Shown here one piece after another: positions 45,601 to 50,525 of a DNA stretch of 59,076 bases. The DNA is taken from NCBI GenBank assembly GCA_045651025.1, contig JAZRRU010000078.1, positions 1 through 59,076 on the forward strand. The letters are read 5' to 3'. A program made the position numbers and the translations under genes. Numbering within the stretch: the stretch's first letter is position 1; every line of letters starts with the position of its first letter. Under the pieces are notes generated by a model that saw only the letters and a program-made list of their open reading frames with translations, ran no database searches and was not told where the DNA came from. The stretch is from Eubacteriales bacterium (GTDB lineage: Bacteria > Bacillota > Clostridia > Oscillospirales > CAG-382).

Positions 45601-48600
45601 AGACCGAAGGTATGGACGGCATCAAGCATCTCTTCATCGGCGTTGACGACTCCTCGTCTGCTCACAACATCCAGACCAACGACAGAACCTACTACACGAA
45701 GCTCCTCGAAGGCAAGCCCTACAGCTATGACTTGTTCGGCGGTGCTGACGAACTCGGTATGCTTGGTATGGCACGTCTCTCCGCAGACTACTACGGATAC
45801 GACGACAATGCTAATAAGATCGATGCAAACGTCACCTACTTCGGTGAAGGTTACACCGGTCAGGCAGACCACTACGACTTTGAAACTCTCGAGCAGAACG
45901 TCGACAAGCACCTTGCTGCTCTCAACATCAACAAGGTTGATCGTGAAGACGTTAACACGCTCCAGATCCTCATTCTCGCACGTGAAACTACCGATATCGA
46001 AAGCCAGGCAACCGATGCTCTTGCACATGCACTTATCGATAAGCTCCGTGCGAACATCAAGGCAGGCATTCCTACCTGCGTAATCGACGCTTCGAACAAC
46101 TGGTCCAACAACAAGAGAATCTTCTCTGACGCGTTGTTCTGGGATTTCGAAGGCACAGCAAACGGCGCAGAAGGTCCGTTCGATATCGCACAGACGCTCT
46201 CGATCAGCTGCTGGAACACCGTTGGTAATACGGTTGGTCTCGGTCTCTCGAGCGCAGTCGGACGTTATGCATACCTCACGAAGACGGATGAAGTCACCGA
46301 AGACTCCAACCAGGCATTCGTTCAGGGCTTCACCTTCGCTCTCGTTAAGGATATGGCATACCGTGCACATACCTCGGGTAACGTAACCGATGCATCCGTC
46401 GACTACGTTGCAGGATACAACAACTTCCCGTTTGACGGTCTCGGCAACGGCGAAAATGAATGGGATACTGCAAACAGAATCCTCAAGAAGCTCAACGCTC
46501 GCAACACCATCCTCGGTAAGAAGGGCGAAAACGGCTTCAACAAGGTACTCTACAGCCGTGTAACGATCGATCCTAACTCGGTTGAATGGACTTGGGACCG
46601 TGACTTCGAATGTAACTTCGACGTTGTAGTTGGTAACACCTCCGACGCAACGGTTGATCCTAACTTCACCGAAGCAACGATTCAGTTGACCCACGGTAAC
46701 CCGTCCTACTCGACTTACGGTTACAATTATCATTACCTCAGCAATACCTATGTATTCGCTGCAGATGATTACATCTCGGCTCCCGACATTTCCGGAACTA
46801 CTGCAGCCGGCTTCCAGTGGTGCTATAAGGCATTGCTCGAATATGACGACGTTGCAGGCAGATATAGAGTTGTTGCAACCGATGGAAACGGCAGTACCTA
46901 TTATGCAAACTGGCACGTCGGTGTTGACAGAATTGTAATTATCAGCCACGCTGATAATGGATCTTCTCTCATCCCGAATCTTAAAGTTAATGAGTATCTC
47001 GAGCTCACGGGTACAACCCACGAGGCACTCAAGGATCTTGATGACGATGCTTTGACCGGCGTCAAGCTCACGAAGGTTATGAACTATCAGGCAGCGGAAA
47101 TCACCGCTCCTGAGGTTCTCACCCCCGTCCTCAAGGCACCCTCTGCGGCGAATAAACTCACCGTAGCATACGTTCCTCTTGATGACAGACCCGTTCACAC
47201 GGATCGTGTCGTCCTCACTGCAGAAGAAGCGGGCATCGAACTCTTGATGCCCGAAGAAGAGGATTACAAGACTTATCTTGCAAATTCCTCTACCGGTGAA
47301 AAGGGACATGGCGGTAATACCGCGAACATCCTCGCTTGGCTTGAAGAACAGGAAGCAAGCGGCATTGATTACTATGTAATCGCGCTCGACCAGGTATTCT
47401 CCGGCGGTCTTGTTAACTCCCGTTACAGTGACCCGTCGTTTGATGGTCAGCTTTCTGCGCAGGATTTGAAGACTGCGAACTTCCTCGTTGACCTCGCGAA
47501 GAACAACTATGTTGTTTATACCGATACGATCATGCGTCTTGCGGCAACGTATCCTTATAAGGATCACGATGCAAACACCTATACCGCTCTTCGTGCATAC
47601 GGTCACTATGACCACTTGCCTCTCGAAGAAGGTAGGGTTGGCAGTATCGCAACCCTCGACCTCGAACACGTAATCAGCGGTTACCGTTACGGCGATAATG
47701 GTGTTTATGGTCTTTACAGAGGCGGTACGATCGACGGTGCAACCGGATCGGTTTCCGACGACATAATCAAGGGCTATCTCGGTGCTCGTGAGCGTAAGCT
47801 CAGAATCACCGACTATATGCTCAGAAATGCAGGCGCGAACATCAACCATTACTATATTGGTATGGACGACTCGTCTTCCGGTGAAAACATTCAGGCGAAC
47901 GAAAAGAGATATCTCGATATGATCATCAGAAAGACCGGCTCGAATGCTCTCGTATTCGCCGGTGCGGACGAAATGAGCGTTATGGGTATCTCCGCAATGA
48001 CCAACCTTTATATTAAGGAAGATGCAACAAAGATTCCTGCTGCAGACGGCTGGACTGCTACCAAGGTTCCCGTAAACGTTGTTTACTTCGGTGACCGCAC
48101 TTGGCAGGCAGACGCTTACGATAACGGTTCTCTCGGAACTGCAATCGACCTCCACCTCAAGTCGCTTGATGCATATCAGGTTGCTGAAACTCACAAGCTC
48201 GAACCCGGTGTAATTCAGCTTGTTGTTGTTGGTCGTGGTACCGAAAAGGTACACTTTGCAGGATCCGACACCGCTCTTGCACAGACGCAGGTTGCAGGTT
48301 CGAAGGCGAACGCAATTGCTGCTGCGGATTATATTGATGAACAGCTCGATGCGAACAGACCTGTTGCAATCATCGACGTTTCCTTCTGGAACGCAATCCA
48401 CCTTAACTTCGTTGTTGAGGCGATGAGAAACAAGGGCATCTTCGATAGACCTGACTTCAACGAAATCCTCGGCTACAGCACTTGGAACACCGCAGGTAAC
48501 GCAATCGGTCTTGCAATGGGTCAGGCATTCGCACGTTACAACTACCTCATGAATGCTACCGTTGTTACCAAGGATTCGAACCTCGGATTCCTCAAGCTGC

Positions 48601-48977
48601 TCGCTTACTCCTTCGTTAAGGATTCGGCTTACAGAACCAACTCCTTTATCAAGGATGCTAACGGAAATTATTGGTCGATGGACACTTCTTCGGCGAAGGC
48701 AATCAGCTGTGGCACTGTAATCTACAACACTGCCGGCTTCACCGGTAACGAATTCTTGAACTACGTCAATAACAGCACCGAGATGCTTCTTGGCGGTTGT
48801 GTATCCTCGGATTACGATTATAACCACAACGTTTCGATCCATACTCCTGTATGGCCCGCAAACTGGGGTCCCAGAAGCTTCGAATGCTGGTTCACTGCAG
48901 AAGCAACTTCTGATGAACCTACCGAACGTGGTTCCGGTGATGGAATCATCCTTCCTGACGAAGAATTCAACCAGTAA
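36678..48977 (+). CDS. Giant (4099-aa) secreted multidomain protein: CBM9/DOMON-like modules, acidic linker, ~24 Cys3-His mini-modules, three copies of an unknown ~140-aa domain, two DUF4127-like domains
   Basis: A single uninterrupted ORF with a GTG start and signal peptide KRTLALALALIMLVTMIPATMLSAFA. There are several 'VDG.LDD.GW' modules (aa ~50-1500) and an acidic linker DDDDEGEEDNE...SDESDESDESDVSED (nt 41226-41387). Cys-rich regions lie at nt 41814-42340 and 42888-44894. DUF4127-like signatures 'VAYVPLDQRPVN ... ISLDQALSGGLVESR' start at nt 44910, and 'VAYVPLDDRPVH ... IALDQVFSGGLVNSR' start at nt 47163. There is no C-terminal anchor or sortase motif. A strong terminator follows. Confidence 0.9.
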   Translation: MKRTLALALALIMLVTMIPATMLSAFARGKGVYANTTENQLIDRADGQYIPETVVVDGVLDDTGWREDDWNRVSSENGTWNVQYPEKDLGFSYKYNIRKDYYYLYGALSVPTNTTGLVTVWLNDGTEVGEYTDVFTFDITGEALSDGVAAYEGNGKWTRKTAGGAVITDSSEYFYEQSKVVFKQDGENTVIEFKSLLADFCPAKNPTVKYFVSVDVKGSDESLYHPMIDIKEPDGYNRDSYFPALNKPDSWPSKYAGKIDADDIMGIGDDSFPSAVTIDGKFDEATWAMHTDFYSRWYERTNLPNYKDNVDYNKPYADLTYNSLPYSDYYQTGAEHDVRVADDYIYGASLVLNSYGDGVAYVRFNLYDDLGNGQYNQVSIYLAGNGNNLSSAIATWFTGGAENATAGSFWNIGMDAGTVTVGANLYSFEFRIDRSFGRGFIPDYYDFSVAVNTNGRYWGCANESNDGNNETADNTGGYKEHHPPYANSADEIAALKRSYYPVHHFSNALGEFYKPYTTYTPDGYLGVKAWPGLTFSAGGPVSGDWISKDNSSRVDGVHYMHSLRADYEFVYGAFHVQFDKEKLSGKNSEWKHGTKEHPAGGDVFSLWIANPKDTSYAHIIRYDVWTYIDENGKVQARIGGYNGRNNDVGGVGSYGYRDNYKAAFVDRSEEDGTYAFEYRIPLNSIGIELNINEDTTEKATDSQSTEIFKYYTSLSVVAPDNTSTNKDEVKYAAISWPKSGNHYTDSATGATYNVYPDGWGTPFAKTTIGTYNNFGFNAAATAMVLRYQDVIRSIEPDGRIVEEQRLDLDHIDWTNAEYREAPVYGEPIGGYEKFYVGSENVYLCARIDGDVSAYNTRFIFWAKNSANEIHKYEFYYDGANCKLAIDGVTQSADRTLYQYDVTSTNGATSFEAIIDIDTFGGRDGFEYFLEIQQKTEKEVLNRVSPKIELPEIANYASNINSVNAWYTNAGTVKDLIHFPREEITVDGDLNDNGWDKNEWIYVSTDINANMQETGLINTLFKTDFWYQIRVDDENMYVAAVINYSDSLDPADGVTPLAATKENIIAQLPGFRIWLKSGNNGSSVANGDSNTYTQYYDIRLNAKGEVQLRSDVNLLPTYANNTRPLYNKYYVPVTPAKDENGKYITDANGKYIYTSATSTSDPVVDTIKTLLDGETDLYGYTKYIIDESEANKNGTESQVLKGEEINPEDYESAGMLAGKKEGVEAGIMRFGNDAGYINSFNNGRPQTLTESSTVVEFKVGLDEFGGHEQFQYLVTSSCQADWGGSRTTMYPAITSEVDSTDSYFHYYYPYWHWEDGTAITMTESLRADCTLLTYKRPVITLGAKVSKTYMYQGKEVSALRMGGLWEEQYIRKVKELAATENNKEGYVASTGNYTDYWDVKEMGMIVLPTYLVGENKKNDVEHQGKYDLFRDSARIQWRDADGIVRWAGNDEINYPNSNFADYKNFAFYVTLVKIPTDVNMCFRGFVNYYDTPNGAPSYYDVIFERSIDMVIDAAKRTDDDDEGEEDNELPGGEFSRDDESGFTGTDGSDYETSRDESDESDESDESDVSEDVGYIVDENGVALDIAFPTHYYEGYKSLVYADINGLGYSVTNFHETYRSDDQTYFRQLYLVKDGDGHFEVMNISEPGDTSYLGWSVGKDVMVVSVHENHPNFSTFASYQKGDHLKLSGASDFDTIAGTGEDAEISATLNKVIACNHSAGFSEATCTEAARCKTCGKEDGAPLGHDYPIGAKPTCTESVKCSRCGYERDAALGHAASEYKHDSEKHWKVCERVIDGVVCGATFDSATHTFVDGKCECGYECTHTDTLVKVEANAPTCTEDGNIEYYRCSVCGCLYDDADGTNKLTAEDVVDPAHGHEYNNDGVNCDHCGKSKNLPIQITIAQPTIDYGPSYKNSVQIFAWTSGSQQIRAYTYKDTDDTSTYYPYTDTYSSAAENGPWTLIALDKVESEYIGVDGGTWAVTAIDTTGSAYMDDTSFWWAGVKTTDGVTTERMVVAIPQNLLTDTTYGYVKDLALGTKLVWAEGEGNIDGTVKKYSEAGGSASDYMMNASLKLACTHEKKNAATCEKPETCVACGEETAPALGHSYTTYVSDGNATCGVDGTKTATCDNNCGTKSTIEDEGSAKEHVYNYVSDGNAKCDVDGTKSAYCANGCGSKSTVPDEGSALQHVEGEPVYNGDATCNADGTYTISCTLCGQSRSVTAVGTQLSHSFTKFYNDNNATCTGDATETATCDHGCGAKQTNTLTGTALGHEFGAGWSKNEEGHFHKCVRCPEISDEGVIPHNFELQADGVNEKCTDCGYEKNHVHFFGEVVDQIDPTCTANGQKAYYVCSSCGNWFNGNDASADGFAEYEGKAMDQDIILAALGHSFTTYVSDGNAKCETDGTKTAECDNGCGETKTVTDVGSKTGHSFTQYKSNNDATCTKNGTETAICDNCDEFNVREEVDSAKGHSFKNYVSDGNATCEADGTKTAECENGCGETNTIADDESALGHSFTVYTSNGDATCTKNGTETANCDRECGETHTREDDESALGHSFTNYAPNSDATCTENGTETANCDRECGETHTREDDQSALGHNMAPATCTEPSKCQRDDCDHTEGEALGHSFTTYESDNNAKCEVDGTETAKCDRECGETHTREDEGSALTHEFTNYVTSKEATCTENEEVTGTCKHGCGTTDTKVVENSALDHEWTEATCTELSKCERCGETTGELKEHNIVNGKCTVCGLGDKTVAYVPLDQRPVNLDRVEYLAGSADFEIRTPAFEDIVTWMDTNVDARGGTAHGGNPVNILAWLKQQEKEGVNNYVISLDQALSGGLVESRRQTGYHSASDWGVTTTTFEGSAEQAMINFIAELASNPQNKVVLVETVMRLAPETEYKGFNGNMYEAFRQYGEIQRQEFSADSMTIGQATIDKIYDAYGKDANGATLGTTYNGINVATNSGYTSADFFNARKRKLELMTALVQTEGMDGIKHLFIGVDDSSSAHNIQTNDRTYYTKLLEGKPYSYDLFGGADELGMLGMARLSADYYGYDDNANKIDANVTYFGEGYTGQADHYDFETLEQNVDKHLAALNINKVDREDVNTLQILILARETTDIESQATDALAHALIDKLRANIKAGIPTCVIDASNNWSNNKRIFSDALFWDFEGTANGAEGPFDIAQTLSISCWNTVGNTVGLGLSSAVGRYAYLTKTDEVTEDSNQAFVQGFTFALVKDMAYRAHTSGNVTDASVDYVAGYNNFPFDGLGNGENEWDTANRILKKLNARNTILGKKGENGFNKVLYSRVTIDPNSVEWTWDRDFECNFDVVVGNTSDATVDPNFTEATIQLTHGNPSYSTYGYNYHYLSNTYVFAADDYISAPDISGTTAAGFQWCYKALLEYDDVAGRYRVVATDGNGSTYYANWHVGVDRIVIISHADNGSSLIPNLKVNEYLELTGTTHEALKDLDDDALTGVKLTKVMNYQAAEITAPEVLTPVLKAPSAANKLTVAYVPLDDRPVHTDRVVLTAEEAGIELLMPEEEDYKTYLANSSTGEKGHGGNTANILAWLEEQEASGIDYYVIALDQVFSGGLVNSRYSDPSFDGQLSAQDLKTANFLVDLAKNNYVVYTDTIMRLAATYPYKDHDANTYTALRAYGHYDHLPLEEGRVGSIATLDLEHVISGYRYGDNGVYGLYRGGTIDGATGSVSDDIIKGYLGARERKLRITDYMLRNAGANINHYYIGMDDSSSGENIQANEKRYLDMIIRKTGSNALVFAGADEMSVMGISAMTNLYIKEDATKIPAADGWTATKVPVNVVYFGDRTWQADAYDNGSLGTAIDLHLKSLDAYQVAETHKLEPGVIQLVVVGRGTEKVHFAGSDTALAQTQVAGSKANAIAAADYIDEQLDANRPVAIIDVSFWNAIHLNFVVEAMRNKGIFDRPDFNEILGYSTWNTAGNAIGLAMGQAFARYNYLMNATVVTKDSNLGFLKLLAYSFVKDSAYRTNSFIKDANGNYWSMDTSSAKAISCGTVIYNTAGFTGNEFLNYVNNSTEMLLGGCVSSDYDYNHNVSIHTPVWPANWGPRSFECWFTAEATSDEPTERGSGDGIILPDEEFNQ
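43809..44783 (+). repeat. In-frame tandem 126-nt (42-aa) repeats inside the giant gene
   Basis: The period was verified from ctcggtcac at 44187, 44313 and 44439. The unit is SFTxYxSxxxATCTxxGTETAxCDxxCGETxTxEDxxSALGH. Neighbouring copies 44187-44312 and 44313-44438 are nearly identical over their last ~85 nt. Confidence 0.85.
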
Positions 48978-49000
48978 TTCAAAAACGTCATAAAAAAATT

Positions 49001-49036
49001 CAAGCAGTTGCCTATTTGGGCAACTGCTTGTTTTTT
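49001..49036 (+). terminator. Rho-independent terminator of the giant gene
   Basis: A perfect 12-bp stem caagcagttgcc / ggcaactgcttg with a 6-nt loop, followed by T6. Confidence 0.85.
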
Positions 49037-49055
49037 GCATGAGATAGTTCTATAT

Positions 49056-49124
49056 GCCTTCCCCCTTGGGGAAAGGGGGACCGTCGGAGACGGTGGATGA
49101 GGGGTCGGATGCGAAGCATTCGTG
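49056..49124 (-). repeat. Second copy (inverted) of the ~69-nt nested-hairpin repeat seen at 21484-21552
   Basis: The reverse complement reads cacgaatgcttcgcatccgacccctcatccaccgtctccgacggtccccctttccccaagggggaaggc. Copy A reads cacggatgcttcgcatcctacacctcatccaccgtctccgacggtcccccttcccctcaaggggaaggc. Both carry the same accgtc-tcc-gacggt hairpin and a C-rich/G-rich terminal hairpin. Confidence 0.8.
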
Positions 49125-49240
49125 TTATCGTATCCGCAGTATTAAAAGGCAGGTTCGTTTTTGTGGATTTTTCGTTCGCATATTGACAAAAACCGTGCAA
49201 TATAATAAAATGGACTCAAACAGAAACGGAGGATTTTGAT

Positions 49241-49837
49241 ATGGAATACATCATTCGCGTTGAAAAAGAGATCGACTTTTCCCGCGCCGAAAAGGCGATG
49301 ATCTCGAACTATAAATGGACCGAGGGCTACGCTCCGAAAGCGTATGGCGAGCTCATCTACGTTGAGGATAAGGGCTTTGCGCTTCGTATGACGGCATTCG
49401 AGGAGAACCCGAAAGCGGTCTATACCAAATATGACGAACCCGTCTACAAGGACAGCTGTCTCGAATTTTTCGTAAGCTTCAACCTCGACAACGGCATGTA
49501 TATGAACTTTGAGATGAACGCAAACGGCGCGTTTCTCTCCGCGGTCCGTACCGACCGTAAGAACAAGACCGAGATTGACAAGCTCGCTCCGCTCCCCGAG
49601 GTAAAACCGTTCAAAGGCGACGGATTCTGGGGCGTTGAGACATTCTTCTCGCTTGATTTTGTCGAAAAGACAGCAGGGAAGTCCTCATTCGCGCGCGGCG
49701 AGAGCTTCAAAGGCAATTTCTACAAATGCGGTGACGAGACCGAGATACCTCATTTCGGTATGTGGTCACCCGTCGGAACCGAGAACCCCGACTTCCACCG
49801 TCCCGAGTTCTTCGGAACGCTCACGATTGAGAAATAA
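49241..49837 (+). CDS. Carbohydrate-binding family 9-like (CBM9_2/DOMON-like) protein, no signal peptide
   Basis: DSCLEFFVSF...NFEMNANGAFL...WGVE.F..L...F.GNFYKCGD...H matches my memory of the stand-alone CBM9-like family. RBS GGAGG. Confidence 0.7.
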   Translation: MEYIIRVEKEIDFSRAEKAMISNYKWTEGYAPKAYGELIYVEDKGFALRMTAFEENPKAVYTKYDEPVYKDSCLEFFVSFNLDNGMYMNFEMNANGAFLSAVRTDRKNKTEIDKLAPLPEVKPFKGDGFWGVETFFSLDFVEKTAGKSSFARGESFKGNFYKCGDETEIPHFGMWSPVGTENPDFHRPEFFGTLTIEK

Positions 49838-49840
49838 TCA

Positions 49841-49878
49841 AAAAAGAAAGGAACGCATTCAAAAGCGTTCCTTTTTTT
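49841..49878. terminator. Bidirectional terminator between convergent genes
   Basis: A5, stem aaaggaacgc-N8-gcgttccttt, then a T-run. Confidence 0.8.
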
Positions 49879-49889
49879 GTTTGAGCTGT

Positions 49890-50213
49890 TTACATCGTAC
49901 CCATATAAATTCGTTTTACAATGATATAGTCAGCAGAGGATATGCTTCCATTGTTGTCCAGATCGGCGGCGGTGAACTGGTCGCCGGTAAGCACGTAGGT
50001 TTGCATAACGTGACGTTTTACAATAATATAGTCAAGCACCTCAACCTCGCCGTTACCGTCAACGTCGCCGCGGACAAGCTCGGGAGACGGTTCTTCGGAA
50101 GAATCGTCGTGGAAAGGGTCATCGGGAAGAACTACCGGGGCGGCAAGCGCAGACACCGAGAAGAGAGTCAATAGAATTAATATCGCGGATATAAAAACGT
50201 TAAATCTTTTCAA
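49890..50213 (-). CDS. Small secreted dockerin-only protein (~107 aa)
   Basis: Signal peptide KRFNVFISAILILLTLFSVSALA, a short acidic linker, then GDVDGNGEVEVLDYIIVKRHVM ... DLDNNGSISSADYIIVKRIYMG (duplicated dockerin segment). TTG 50213 is preferred on RBS spacing over the listed TTG 50219. Confidence 0.75.
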   Translation of the reverse strand: MKRFNVFISAILILLTLFSVSALAAPVVLPDDPFHDDSSEEPSPELVRGDVDGNGEVEVLDYIIVKRHVMQTYVLTGDQFTAADLDNNGSISSADYIIVKRIYMGTM

Positions 50214-50280
50214 AATCAATCACCTTAAATCTTTTTCTTCATTTTATATCAATCACCGCACTTTGTCAATAAGGGTAAAA

Positions 50281-50315
50281 AAGAAAAAGCAAGACAGCCG
50301 AACGACTGTCTTGCT
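50281..50315 (-). terminator. Rho-independent terminator of tRNA-Val
   Basis: A perfect 10-bp stem agcaagacag / ctgtcttgct followed by TTTTCTT on the minus strand. Confidence 0.75.
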
Positions 50316-50317
50316 CT

Positions 50318-50394
50318 TGGTGTGGATGAATGGACTTGAACCAACGACCCCTTGCATGTCAAGCAAGTGCTCTAACCAACTGAGCTACACCCAC
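50318..50394 (-). tRNA. tRNA-Val (anticodon GAC), CCA encoded
   Basis: Hand fold of GTGGGTGTAGCTCAGTTGGTTAGAGCACTTGCTTGACATGCAAGGGGTCGTTGGTTCAAGTCCATTCATCCACACCA. It has D-arm GCTC/GAGC, anticodon stem CTTGC/GCAAG with loop TTGACAT, T-loop TTCAAGT and discriminator A. There is one U-U mismatch in the T stem. An upstream TTGATT-17-TAGAAT promoter is plausible. Confidence 0.78.
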
Positions 50395-50473
50395 ATATTT
50401 TATTGCGCTCGGTTATTCTATCACATAGAATCCAAAAAATCAATACCTTTTTTCATTTTTTCAAAATTAATAC

Positions 50474-50515
50474 AAAAAACCGATTTGACGGGACTTTACC
50501 CAACAAATCGGTTTT
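50474..50515 (-). terminator. Rho-independent terminator of the VTC/DUF4956/lipoprotein operon
   Basis: A perfect 11-bp stem aaaaccgattt / aaatcggtttt with an 18-nt loop, followed by a T-run on the minus strand. It lies 11 nt after the stop at 50526. Confidence 0.7.
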
Positions 50516-50525
50516 AGTTTTTGTA

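Noticed and set aside
41691-49040. A 2449-codon ORF on the minus strand, entirely inside the giant gene
   Set aside because: It is exactly codon-aligned with the sense frame (both are mod 3 = 0), so its stops can only arise from sense TTA/CTA/TCA codons, which this genome avoids. The three antisense ORFs covering the gene end at sense codons TTA (36696), TTA (40185) and TCA (41691). The antisense product is low-complexity (V/G/R/F/S-rich), and it has no RBS or promoter. It is a shadow ORF, not a gene.
21484-49124. Inverted ~69-nt repeats bracketing 27.6 kb: a composite transposon or invertible segment?
   Set aside because: The interval contains core housekeeping genes (thiI, rny, ymdB, yajC, a tRNA, the beta-CASP RNase) and no transposase or recombinase. 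The repeats look like dispersed small elements, so the bracketing is probably coincidental.
49012-49239. Two ~61-aa ORFs (both strands) after the giant gene
   Set aside because: They span the terminator and the 69-nt repeat. The 'PSPLGKGGPSETVDEG' peptide is the translation of the nested-hairpin repeat, not a gene.
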